Source: Candidatus Margulisiibacteriota bacterium
GTDB lineage: Bacteria > Margulisbacteria > WOR-1 > O2-12-FULL-45-9 > XYB2-FULL-48-7
Direction: 5' to 3'
Length of the DNA stretch: 64,000 nt
Assembly (NCBI GenBank): GCA_041650855.1
Contig: JBAZKJ010000002.1
Location: forward strand, 69,076-133,075
Made by a program: the position numbers and the translations under genes. This document shows, in pieces, positions 27,054 through 35,493 of this stretch. The stretch's first letter is position 1. The number at the start of each line of letters is the position of its first letter. Below the pieces are notes generated by a model. That model did not search any database and was not told where the DNA came from. It saw nothing but the letters and a program-made list of their open reading frames with translations.

Positions 27054-28618
27054 AAAAGAAAACCGCGGAGAAAAGATACGCCCTGGTCTCGGTCTATGAT
27101 AAAGCGGGCTTGGCGCCGTTCGCCAAGGAGCTGACCCGGCTCGGTTTCGACCTGGTCTCTTCGGGCGGCACGGCCAAGTTCCTCCACCAGCATAAGATCA
27201 AGGTGACGGAGGTCCAGAAGATCACCAAATACCCGCACATGTTCGACGGCCGGGTCAAGACCCTGCATCCGATGATCCACGGCGGGATCCTGTCGGACCG
27301 GACCAACAAAGCGCACCTGAAAGAGATCAAAAAGTACGGGATCAAGCCGTTCGACCTGGTCGTTTGCAATCTCTACCCCTTCGAAGCGGTCATTGCCAAA
27401 AAAGACTTTACCCACGCGGAGGCGATCGAGAACATCGATATCGGCGGGCCGGCGATGGTCCGCGCCGCGGCCAAGAACCACCAGAACGTGGCGATCGTCG
27501 TCGATCCGCATGATTACCAGGTTATCCTGGACGAATTGAAAGCGGCCGGCGGCATCTCTCTCGCGACCAGGGAGCGATTAGCCCTGAAAGCGTACGAGCA
27601 CACCGCCCAGTACGACACGCTGATCGTCCGCTACCTGAAAGCGCGGGCCGGCGGGGAAGAGCGGTTCCCGCAGGAGATGGAAGTGCTGCTGGAAAAGATC
27701 CAGACGCTCCGTTACGGCGAGAACCCGCACCAGCAGGCGGCGCTCTACCGGGAACGGGGGGCGAAAGGCGAGGGCCGGGTGACGGAAGCCAAACAATTGC
27801 ACGGCAAAGAGCTGTCGTTCAACAACATCGTCGACATGGACGCCGCCTGGAGCTGCGCCAATTATTTCGCCGATCCGACGGTCTGCATCGTTAAACATAA
27901 CAACCCGTGCGGCGTCGCCAAGGCGGCCACGTTGGTGGAAGCGTACCAGCGCGCCCTGGAGTGCGATCCGGTCTCGGCCTACGGCGGGATCGTCGCGGCC
28001 AACCGGCGGATCGACGAGCTGACCGCCCGGGAAGTCGCCGCCCTGTTCGTGGAAGTGATCATCGCCCCTTCTTATACGCCCAAAGCGCTGGAGATCCTGA
28101 AGGCGAAACAGAACATCCGGATCATGGAGATGGGGGAGAGGTCGATCAATAAGCCGTTCAAGGGGCTGGATTACAAGCGGATCAGCGGCGGCGTGCTGGT
28201 CCAGGACCCGGATATCGCCCAACTTGGGATCAACGAGATCAAGGTGGTGACCAAGCGGGAACCGACCATGGCGGAGATGGAAGACCTCTTTTTTGCCTGG
28301 GGGGTCGCCAAGTTCGTCAAATCGAACACGATCGTTTACGTCAAGGACGGCCGCACCGTCGGGATCGGCGCCGGCCAGATGAGCCGGATCGACTCGGCGG
28401 AGATCGGCGTCAAGAAGTCGCAAGGGAAGGTCAAGGGCGCGGTCCTGGCGTCCGACGCCTTCTTCCCGTTCCCCGACGTGGTCGAGTTAGCCGCGAAGGT
28501 CGGCGTGACGGCGATCATCCAGCCGGGCGGCAGCAAGCGCGACCAGGCGTCGATCGACAAGGCGAACGAAGCGGGGATCGCCATGGTTTTTACCGGCCGC
28601 CGGCACTTTAGGCACTAG
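27050..28618 (+). CDS. purH: Bifunctional AICAR transformylase/IMP cyclohydrolase
   Basis: SVYDK, GRVKTLHP, ENIDIGGP, LRYGENPHQ, KHNNPCG, GAGQMSR, SDAFFPF, FTGRRHFRH. Confidence 0.97.
   Translation: MKKKTAEKRYALVSVYDKAGLAPFAKELTRLGFDLVSSGGTAKFLHQHKIKVTEVQKITKYPHMFDGRVKTLHPMIHGGILSDRTNKAHLKEIKKYGIKPFDLVVCNLYPFEAVIAKKDFTHAEAIENIDIGGPAMVRAAAKNHQNVAIVVDPHDYQVILDELKAAGGISLATRERLALKAYEHTAQYDTLIVRYLKARAGGEERFPQEMEVLLEKIQTLRYGENPHQQAALYRERGAKGEGRVTEAKQLHGKELSFNNIVDMDAAWSCANYFADPTVCIVKHNNPCGVAKAATLVEAYQRALECDPVSAYGGIVAANRRIDELTAREVAALFVEVIIAPSYTPKALEILKAKQNIRIMEMGERSINKPFKGLDYKRISGGVLVQDPDIAQLGINEIKVVTKREPTMAEMEDLFFAWGVAKFVKSNTIVYVKDGRTVGIGAGQMSRIDSAEIGVKKSQGKVKGAVLASDAFFPFPDVVELAAKVGVTAIIQPGGSKRDQASIDKANEAGIAMVFTGRRHFRH
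27750..27784. repeat. Degenerate period-7 patch in purH
   Basis: GGGAACG GGGGGCG AAAGGCG AGGGCCG GGTGACG; every unit ends in CG. Confidence 0.5.
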
Positions 28619-28628
28619 GGGATAGTTT

Positions 28629-29837
28629 ATGAAATTGAGCAATTGGTCATTGGTCATTATTTGGTGCTTATTGCTTGGGGCTTGGTCACTCTGCAACGCG
28701 CTAGACTTACCGGTGACGACCTCCGTGACCGGCTCGACCGGCGGACCGACCCAGCTGCGTTCGAACATCGGCGGGATCAGCCTTGGCTGGATCAAGGTCG
28801 GGAGCCGGGAGGTCGCGACCCTGGCCTGGCACCCCGATTTCAAGTTCGGCGCCTGGGGCGCCGGGTTCGACGTCAACCTGGCGTTGGGCGACAATAAGCC
28901 GGAAGGGTACGAAACCGCCGTGCTCCGTTACGTGGAATACGATGACTTTAAGAAAGGGCTGCGCTACGGGATCCTGGACGGCGTGACACTCGGTCACGGC
29001 CTGATCATGAAGAATTATTCGACCCGGGTCGGCAATTCGGTCCTGCCGGTCAATGAACAGACCGGCATCAGGGGTTACATCGACCTCGACAGGAACGTGG
29101 TCCGCGCCATGGCGACCAAGTCCAATGTTTACTACCTTCGCCTGGAACAGCGAGTTAACCCGTTGCTGACGCTGGGCGGGTATTACGTTACCGACTCGAC
29201 CGGCCGCAAGATCGTCCAGACCGACGGCTCGACCAGGCTGTTCCCGTCCGTTTCCGCGGTCGGCGTCGACGCGGTCATGCCGCTGCCGCTGAACCTCGAA
29301 GGATACGCGGAAGCCGGCCAGTTAATGAACCACGGCAACGGTTACGCCGCCGGCCTCTCCTGGGGTTACGACCTGATGGTGGCGAACGCCTCGTTCCTGG
29401 CCGAGTACCGGGTGCTGGATAAAGGTTTTGTCCCCGCTTATTTCAGCGCTGATTACGAGAACAACCCGGTCGACCTGGCCTCGGCGGAAGCCTCGGGCAG
29501 TACGAAGAACGGTTATCTGGCCCAGCTGGGCGTCAACGCGCTCGGGTTGGCGAGCTTAAGCCTGATCTACGAAGCGTATCAGGACAGCAACGCCACGCTG
29601 ACCGGCGACCTGACCGCGAAATTCACCGACCAGTTGACGGTCCGGGGGTACTACAAGCAGCCGAACTTTGTCGACTACCGGTCGATCACGCTGGAGCAGG
29701 GGGCGGTCCTGGGAGCGGACGTCGCTTACAAGCTCAATCCTTATACCAGCCTGATCACCCATTACAAGAAGTCTTATAACCCGGTCACCGGCCAGGTCGA
29801 AGCGACGCAGTACTACGAGATCGGGCTGAGCTTCTAG
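28629..29837 (+). CDS. Putative outer-membrane beta-barrel protein
   Basis: Signal-peptide-like N-terminus, alternating hydrophobic beta pattern, C-terminal YYEIGLSF. Confidence 0.65.
   Translation: MKLSNWSLVIIWCLLLGAWSLCNALDLPVTTSVTGSTGGPTQLRSNIGGISLGWIKVGSREVATLAWHPDFKFGAWGAGFDVNLALGDNKPEGYETAVLRYVEYDDFKKGLRYGILDGVTLGHGLIMKNYSTRVGNSVLPVNEQTGIRGYIDLDRNVVRAMATKSNVYYLRLEQRVNPLLTLGGYYVTDSTGRKIVQTDGSTRLFPSVSAVGVDAVMPLPLNLEGYAEAGQLMNHGNGYAAGLSWGYDLMVANASFLAEYRVLDKGFVPAYFSADYENNPVDLASAEASGSTKNGYLAQLGVNALGLASLSLIYEAYQDSNATLTGDLTAKFTDQLTVRGYYKQPNFVDYRSITLEQGAVLGADVAYKLNPYTSLITHYKKSYNPVTGQVEATQYYEIGLSF
28643..28688. repeat. TTGGTCA (STRR2-like) repeat patch forming the signal-peptide coding region
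   Basis: TTGGTCA TTGGTCA ..TTGGTGC..TTGGGGC TTGGTCA. Confidence 0.75.
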
Positions 29838-30358
29838 GGGCGTAGGGTCTTAGGCGTTTTAGTCGCGTCGATGACTTTTGACGGTTTTCCCAGTTTAACG
29901 CGTCCGGAGAGAACGAAATTTATTCCTTTAAGCCCGGCCGAAACTTGTTGAGCGTTGAGGAACGGGTTTTCCCCGGAAAGATTGGCCGAGGTGGCGGCGA
30001 TCGGGCCGACTTTGCGGATCAGGTCGATGATCGTCCGGTGGGCGGGGACGCGTAAACCGACCGTTTTTCCCTGACGTCCGGGAACGACCAGAGTTAACGG
30101 CCCAGGCCAGTGCTTTTTCGCTAAGCGCAAGGCTTGAGCGTTAAATATCCCCAGTTCTTTGGCCTGCCTTAAGCTGCTGACCAGTACCTGCAAGGGTTTG
30201 TTCTTTGGTCTTTTCTTTATTTTGTATATCCTGGCGATCGCCCGGGGCTTCGAGAGCAGGGCGCCGATCCCGTAGACCGTCTCGGTCGGAAAAGCTATTA
30301 CTCCTCCCGCTTTTAATATCCTTTGCGCCCTTAGTGTGCTTAGTGCCTTAGTGGTCAT
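29834..30358 (-). CDS. tsaC: L-threonylcarbamoyladenylate synthase (YrdC/TsaC, no Sua5 domain)
   Basis: PTETVYG, KKRPKNKPL, WPGPLT, VGLRVP, TSANLSG; start at ATG 30358 after GGAAAGGGA; the longer track ORF is an upstream extension. Confidence 0.92.
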   Translation of the reverse strand: MTTKALSTLRAQRILKAGGVIAFPTETVYGIGALLSKPRAIARIYKIKKRPKNKPLQVLVSSLRQAKELGIFNAQALRLAKKHWPGPLTLVVPGRQGKTVGLRVPAHRTIIDLIRKVGPIAATSANLSGENPFLNAQQVSAGLKGINFVLSGRVKLGKPSKVIDATKTPKTLRP

Positions 30359-30409
30359 TCCCTTTCCGGATTTTACCACCAAGACACGAAGAACACAAAG
30401 AACACTAAG
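30330..30409. repeat. Inverted pair of CACNAAG-unit arrays around the tsaC start
   Basis: Left arm has CTTAGTG x3 (30330-30355); right arm has CACNAAG x4 (30375-30409); 19-nt spacer. Confidence 0.85.
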
Positions 30410-30431
30410 TTTGCTATAATCAACGCTATTA

Positions 30432-31745
30432 ATGGACGCCGATCTAATTATTAAGGGCGGGATGGTCATGACGCTGGACGACAAGTTCACCCTGCATGAC
30501 CAGGCCGACGTCGCGATCAAGGGGACGAAGATCGTCGATATTTCCCCGCGGACCAAATACCGGGCCAAGAAGACGCTCGATGCCGCCGGCAAGCTGGTGA
30601 TGCCGGGCCTGATCAACTGCCACACCCATTCGGCGATGGTGATGATGCGCGGCCTGGCCGACGACATGCCGCTCGATATCTGGTGGAATAAGTTCATTTT
30701 TCCGATCGAAAAGAAGCTGCTGAACCCGGAATTCGTCGAGATCGGCGCGGCGCTGGCCGCGGTCGAAATGATCAAATCGGGGACGACCTGTTTTTCCGAC
30801 ATGTACTTTTTCCAGGCGGCGGCCGCTCCGGTCTACAAGCGGATCGGGATCAGGTCCATCCTGGGCGAAGCGGTGCTCGATTTTGCCACCCCGGACGCGG
30901 CGAACGCCGACGCGACCAACCGCTTGACGGAAGAACTGTTCGCGCAATGGGGTGGGGACGACTTGATCGGCCTCTCCGTCGCGCCGCACGCCCCATATTC
31001 CTGCGGCGAGGAGAATCTGCGCAAGGCCAAAGCCCTGGCCGATAAGCACGGTTTGTTGCTGCATATCCATATAGCCGAGACGGCCGGCGAGGTGGCCGAA
31101 TTCCAGCAAAAGCACGGCCAAACCCCGGTCGAGTACCTGGCCCGGCTGAAGTTCCTGGGCGAGAACGTGATGGGCGTTCACTGCGTCCATGTCTCGCCGG
31201 CAGACGTGAAAATCCTGCGCCGGCACGACGTCAAGATCGTCCACTGCCAGGAGAGCAACATGAAGCTGGCGTCCGGCTACGCGCCGGTCGTCGAAATGCA
31301 GTTCGCCGGCCTGACGGTCGCCCTGGGGACCGACGGGGCGGCGTCCAACAACAACCTCGACATGTTCGACGAGATGGATTCGGTCGCCAAGTTCCACAAG
31401 CTGATCCGGAACGACCCGACGGTGATGGAGGCGAAGAGCGTGGTCCGGATGGTGACGACCGACGCGGCCAAGGTTATCGGGCGGGAAAAAGCGCTCGGTT
31501 CGCTCGCGGTCGGCAGAACGGCGGACCTGATCACGATCGATCTGGCCCGGCCGCAGCTGACGCCGATGTATAATCCGTATTCCCACCTGGTCTACAGCGC
31601 CGGCGGCTCGGAGGTCGATTCGGCGGTCATCAACGGCCAATTGGTGATGGAAAACCGGGAGATGCTGACGATCGACGAGGACGAAGTGCTGGACCGGGCT
31701 AACCGGTTAGCTCAAAAGATCAAAGCGGAGGTGGCCAATGCCTAA
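30432..31745 (+). CDS. mtaD: 5'-methylthioadenosine/S-adenosylhomocysteine deaminase (amidohydrolase)
   Basis: PGLINCHTH, APHAPY, HIHIAET, HCVH, HCQESNMKLASG, GTDGAASNN. Confidence 0.88.
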   Translation: MDADLIIKGGMVMTLDDKFTLHDQADVAIKGTKIVDISPRTKYRAKKTLDAAGKLVMPGLINCHTHSAMVMMRGLADDMPLDIWWNKFIFPIEKKLLNPEFVEIGAALAAVEMIKSGTTCFSDMYFFQAAAAPVYKRIGIRSILGEAVLDFATPDAANADATNRLTEELFAQWGGDDLIGLSVAPHAPYSCGEENLRKAKALADKHGLLLHIHIAETAGEVAEFQQKHGQTPVEYLARLKFLGENVMGVHCVHVSPADVKILRRHDVKIVHCQESNMKLASGYAPVVEMQFAGLTVALGTDGAASNNNLDMFDEMDSVAKFHKLIRNDPTVMEAKSVVRMVTTDAAKVIGREKALGSLAVGRTADLITIDLARPQLTPMYNPYSHLVYSAGGSEVDSAVINGQLVMENREMLTIDEDEVLDRANRLAQKIKAEVANA

Positions 31746-32454
31746 AATAGCGATCATCGGCGGTTCCGGGGTAGAGAAGCTCGATTTTGCCGGGAAGATG
31801 CGGCCGCTGATCGTCACCACGCCGTACGGGAGCGTGCCGGTGGAGCTGGGCAAAGTCGCCGGCCGGGAAGTGGTTTTCCTGCTGCGCCACGGCAAGGAGT
31901 ACCGGCTCCCGTCCGAGATCAACTACCGGGCGAACATTACCGCCCTGAAACTGGCCGGGGTGACCGGGATCATCAGTTCGGCGGCGGTCGGCGCCATTAA
32001 CCAGCAAATGAAGCCGGGCGATCTTTCCCTGCTGACCGATTTTATCGATTTCACCCGGGGGAAAAGAGAGACCTTTACCAGCCATTCATTTATTGATATG
32101 AGCCGGCCGTACGATCCGGGTTTGAACGGCAGGATCGCCAAAGCCGCTAAAGCGCTCAAGATCAAGCTGCATCCCGGCGCGGTCTACGCTTGCGCGGAAG
32201 GCCCCCGGTTCGAAACGAAAGCGGAGATCAGGATGTACGGCCAGGCCGGAGCCGACGTGGTCGGCATGACGCAGGTTCCCGAGGTGGTGCTGGCGGCAGA
32301 GGCGGGGATCCCGTACGCGGCGATCGCCGTGATCACCAACTACGCCGCGGGCGTGACCGCCGGCAAGATCGATCCCGATCACGTCGTGGCGATGATGCGC
32401 CGGTGCTCCGCCCAGCTATCCCGCCTGATCGCCCGGACCATAACCAGCCGTTAA
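31738..32454 (+). CDS. mtnP: MTAP-family phosphorylase, probably 6-oxopurine (methylthioinosine) specific
   Basis: IIGGSG, RHG, INYRANI, EGPRFET.AE, VVGMT, TNYAAG (Asn-type, not DYD). Confidence 0.85.
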   Translation: MPKIAIIGGSGVEKLDFAGKMRPLIVTTPYGSVPVELGKVAGREVVFLLRHGKEYRLPSEINYRANITALKLAGVTGIISSAAVGAINQQMKPGDLSLLTDFIDFTRGKRETFTSHSFIDMSRPYDPGLNGRIAKAAKALKIKLHPGAVYACAEGPRFETKAEIRMYGQAGADVVGMTQVPEVVLAAEAGIPYAAIAVITNYAAGVTAGKIDPDHVVAMMRRCSAQLSRLIARTITSR

Positions 32455-32498
32455 AATTACCTGAAATAGCCGGCGGCAACGGCCGAAAAACAGGGGTA

Positions 32499-33347
32499 AT
32501 GATCGGTAAAACCACTGCCCGCCGGTACAGCCCCATTAACTGGCTGAGCAATTATTGTTTTCGGCGCGGGCTAACCGCGATCGACCGGGAGACTCCGGGC
32601 ACGATCCGTTATCCGCGGCGGCGGTTGATTCAGGACGTCGCTGCCGAACTTTGCCAGCGCCTGACCCAGCCGACGCCGCTGGCCGTTGCCTTGAAAAAAG
32701 CGGAAGACGAAAGCGCGCTCAAGGTCGCTTTTTCCCGGCGCCTGGCCGGTTTTATTTTTTTAGCTAACCAGCTTTCCCGCGACGAGAACTTTGTGGCCGA
32801 TTGCCTCCTGGAAGCGTCCCGGTATTACGACCTGGCGCTTTATCAGCATCAGGTCAGGGTTACCCTGCTTAGCGGCCACCTGGCCGACCGTCTCGGCCTT
32901 GACGGGGAACCGATCATGACGGCGGCGATGACCCACGATTTCGGCAAGATCGGGATGCCGTGGGACATTATGAACAAGGGGCACTGGACGGAGGACGAAA
33001 AAGAGCTCAAACCGTTCCACCTGCAACTGAGTTTGCTGGCCGTTTCGGCGATCCGCTCTTTTGCCGAAGTGGCCAAGATCGTTCACTACAACCATTATTA
33101 CGACGGCTATCCGAACGGGGTGGCGGGTAAACCGGTGCCGCTGGCGGGACAGGTCCTCTCCGCGGCCGATTTCTACGACGCGCTGACCACCCCCCGGCCT
33201 TCGCGCAACGGACGGGCCAAACCGGCGAGCGAGGCGCTGCAGAAGTTCGAGGAGCGGGGGAGATCGACCGAAGTGGCGACCCCGTATGACCCGCGGCTTA
33301 TTGCCGCGCTACGAGAAACCGTTCTTTCCCGGCCAGATCTTTTTTGA
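32499..33347 (+). CDS. HD-GYP-like domain protein (partly degenerate)
   Basis: HQVRV, THDFGKIG, DGYPNG, ADFYDAL..RP; start placed at ATG 32499, downstream of the mtnP stop. Confidence 0.75.
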   Translation: MIGKTTARRYSPINWLSNYCFRRGLTAIDRETPGTIRYPRRRLIQDVAAELCQRLTQPTPLAVALKKAEDESALKVAFSRRLAGFIFLANQLSRDENFVADCLLEASRYYDLALYQHQVRVTLLSGHLADRLGLDGEPIMTAAMTHDFGKIGMPWDIMNKGHWTEDEKELKPFHLQLSLLAVSAIRSFAEVAKIVHYNHYYDGYPNGVAGKPVPLAGQVLSAADFYDALTTPRPSRNGRAKPASEALQKFEERGRSTEVATPYDPRLIAALRETVLSRPDLF

Positions 33348-34140
33348 TCTCTACCGACCGGTAAAGGCCGGCTGCCAGTTGCTTGACCGCATTCCCCTGA
33401 TCGAAACCGATCTCGATAAACAGCAAACCGGGGGGCTGGGTGGTCAGGTGTTCGGGGGCTTTCTGAATTATTTCCCGCAGGAATTTTAGGCCGTCCTGGC
33501 CGCCGTCGAGCGCGCCCCGCGGTTCCCAATCCTTGACCTCCGGCTGCAGCTTATTGATCTCTGCCGTCGGGATATAGGGCGGGTTGGACACGATGATATT
33601 GACCTTTTCCGGCAAAGGCTCCAGCAAGTTGCCGCCCATAAAATGACAGCGCGCGGCGACTTTATTGTTTTCCGCGTTCTTTTTTGCCAGCTTCAAGGCA
33701 TCGCCGGAAGCGTCGATCCCGTAAACTTCGGCTAACGGCAGGTGTTTGGCGAGCGCAACGGCGAGGCAGCCGCTGCCGGTCCCGATGTCAGCGATGACGA
33801 CCCGCGACTCGCGGCCCGCGACCCGCAAGACTTGCTCGGCAAGCTGTTCGGTCTCGGGGCGGGGGATCAGGACGTGCCGGTCGACGGCGATATTGAGACC
33901 AAGGAAGGGTTGGTCGCCGATGAGGTAGGCGGTCGGTTCGTGCTTCAGGCGGCGGGCCAGCAGTTGTTTGAACCGGACCAGGCCGTTCTTCTCGATCGTC
34001 AGGCTCTGGTTGAGGATCAACTCGCTTTTTTTAATGTTGAGGGCGTGGGTCAAGAGCAGTTCCGCTTCCAGCCGGGGATCGGCGATCCGCTTGCCGGCCA
34101 GCTGGTCGGCCGCCCAGTCGAGCGCTTCCCCCAGGTTCAT
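33298..34140 (-). CDS. prmC: Release factor glutamine methyltransferase
   Basis: EPTAYLIG, VLIPRPETE, DIGTGSG, SNPPY, ALDGG.DGL, EIGFDQG. Confidence 0.95.
   Translation of the reverse strand: MNLGEALDWAADQLAGKRIADPRLEAELLLTHALNIKKSELILNQSLTIEKNGLVRFKQLLARRLKHEPTAYLIGDQPFLGLNIAVDRHVLIPRPETEQLAEQVLRVAGRESRVVIADIGTGSGCLAVALAKHLPLAEVYGIDASGDALKLAKKNAENNKVAARCHFMGGNLLEPLPEKVNIIVSNPPYIPTAEINKLQPEVKDWEPRGALDGGQDGLKFLREIIQKAPEHLTTQPPGLLFIEIGFDQGNAVKQLAAGLYRSVEIKKDLAGKERFLVARQ
33799..33828. repeat. Period-7 tandem patch in prmC (GGTCGCG family)
   Basis: Plus strand CCCGCGA CTCGCGG CCCGCGA CCCGCAA; encodes RVAGRESRV. Confidence 0.78.
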
Positions 34141-35198
34141 GCCGCTTTGGCCAGCTTGGCGGCGCGATCGGCGGTGGCCAGCGCGTCGATGATCTCGTCG
34201 AGCTCGCCGTCGAGGACGTTATTGAGCTGGTGGACGGTAAAGCCGATCCGGTGGTCGGTGACCCGGCTCTGCGGGAAATTGTAGGTCCGGATCTTTTCCG
34301 AGCGGTCGCCGGTGCCGACCATGATCTTGCGGGTCGATTCCCGGTCTTTCCGCTGTTTTTCGATCTCCGCCTCGTAAATGCGGGAACGGAGCAGCTTCAT
34401 CGCCTTGACCCGGTTCTGCAGCTGCGACCGCTCTTCCCGGCACTCCACGATCACGCCGGTCGGCAGGTGGGTCAGCCGGACGGCCGAGGAGACCTTATTG
34501 ACGTTCTGGCCGCCGGCGCCGCCGGAGCGGAACGCCTCGAACTTGATGTCCTTTTCGTCGACCTTCACGTCGACTTCGTCGACTTCCGGCAGGACGGCGA
34601 CGGTCGCCGCCGAGGTGTGGATCCGGCCGCTGGCCTCGGTTTTGGGGACGCGCTGGACGCGGTGGGTGCCGCTTTCGTATTTCAGACGGCTGTACGCCCC
34701 TTTGCCGATGATATTGAAGACCGCTTCCTTGTAGCCGCCGAGGCCGGTGTCGTTGACCTCCAGCATTTCGGTCTTCCAGCCTTTCCGTTCGGCGTAGCGC
34801 AGGTACATGCGGAGCAGGTCGCCGGCGAAGAGGGCGGCCTCGTCGCCGCCGGTCCCGGCGCGGACTTCCATGATGATGTTCTTTTCGTCAAGCTGGTCCT
34901 TGGGCAGCAGAAGGGTCTCCAGTTCTTTGGTCAGTTCCTCTTTGCGTTTTTTCAGGTCGTCGAGCTCGACCTCGGCCAGCTCCTTCATCCCTTCTTCTTC
35001 CATCATCCCTTCCGTGTCCTCGGTTTCCCGCACCACGGCCCGGTATTCCCGGTACTTATCGACGATCTCCTTGAGGTTGTTGTATTCCTTGGTGTATTTG
35101 ACGAAGGTGTCGTGGTCGTTGATCACTTTGGGGTCGCTGACGAGCTTTTCCAGTTCGAGGTAATGCTGTTCGATCTTGGCGAGTTTTTCGGGGAGCAA
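34137..35198 (-). CDS. prfA: Peptide chain release factor 1
   Basis: EVRAGTGGDEA, HRVQRVPKTE (PxT), SGGAGGQNVNK, EKIRTYN; TTG start. Confidence 0.97.
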   Translation of the reverse strand: MLPEKLAKIEQHYLELEKLVSDPKVINDHDTFVKYTKEYNNLKEIVDKYREYRAVVRETEDTEGMMEEEGMKELAEVELDDLKKRKEELTKELETLLLPKDQLDEKNIIMEVRAGTGGDEAALFAGDLLRMYLRYAERKGWKTEMLEVNDTGLGGYKEAVFNIIGKGAYSRLKYESGTHRVQRVPKTEASGRIHTSAATVAVLPEVDEVDVKVDEKDIKFEAFRSGGAGGQNVNKVSSAVRLTHLPTGVIVECREERSQLQNRVKAMKLLRSRIYEAEIEKQRKDRESTRKIMVGTGDRSEKIRTYNFPQSRVTDHRIGFTVHQLNNVLDGELDEIIDALATADRAAKLAKAA

Positions 35199-35204
35199 GG
35201 GAGC

Positions 35205-35471
35205 CTACTTCTTGCCGGCGGTCTTCTTGGCGGCGGGTTTCTTTTTCTTGACCGGCTTCTTCGCTTTGGCGGCGACGCCCGCGTACTTTTTCTGGAACTT
35301 CTGGACCCGGCCTTCGGCGTCGATCAGTTTCTGCTTGCCGGTGAAAAGCGGGTGGCAGTTGCTGCAGATGTCGACGTGGATGTTCTGGCGGGTGGAGCCG
35401 ATCTCAAAAGCCGCCCCGCAGGCGCATTTCGCCGTGGTCTGGAAGTATTTAGGATGAATGTCCGGTTTCAT
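35205..35471 (-). CDS. rpmE: 50S ribosomal protein L31 (Zn-binding type) with Lys/Ala-rich tail
   Basis: [31 protein letters not shown]. Confidence 0.96.
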   Translation of the reverse strand: MKPDIHPKYFQTTAKCACGAAFEIGSTRQNIHVDICSNCHPLFTGKQKLIDAEGRVQKFQKKYAGVAAKAKKPVKKKKPAAKKTAGKK

Positions 35472-35493
35472 GTAGGCTCATTTTATCATATGG

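Noticed and set aside
29834-29862. TAGG-containing periodic run at the tsaC 3' end
   Set aside because: The period is irregular (8, 8, 9) and the units are too degenerate to separate from chance
30359-30802. Extension of tsaC to 322 aa
   Set aside because: It runs antisense through mtaD and the repeat array; family motifs begin only after ATG 30358, which has an SD
32190-32498. Extension of the HD-GYP ORF
   Set aside because: It overlaps mtnP in another frame and has low-complexity Arg/Gly composition
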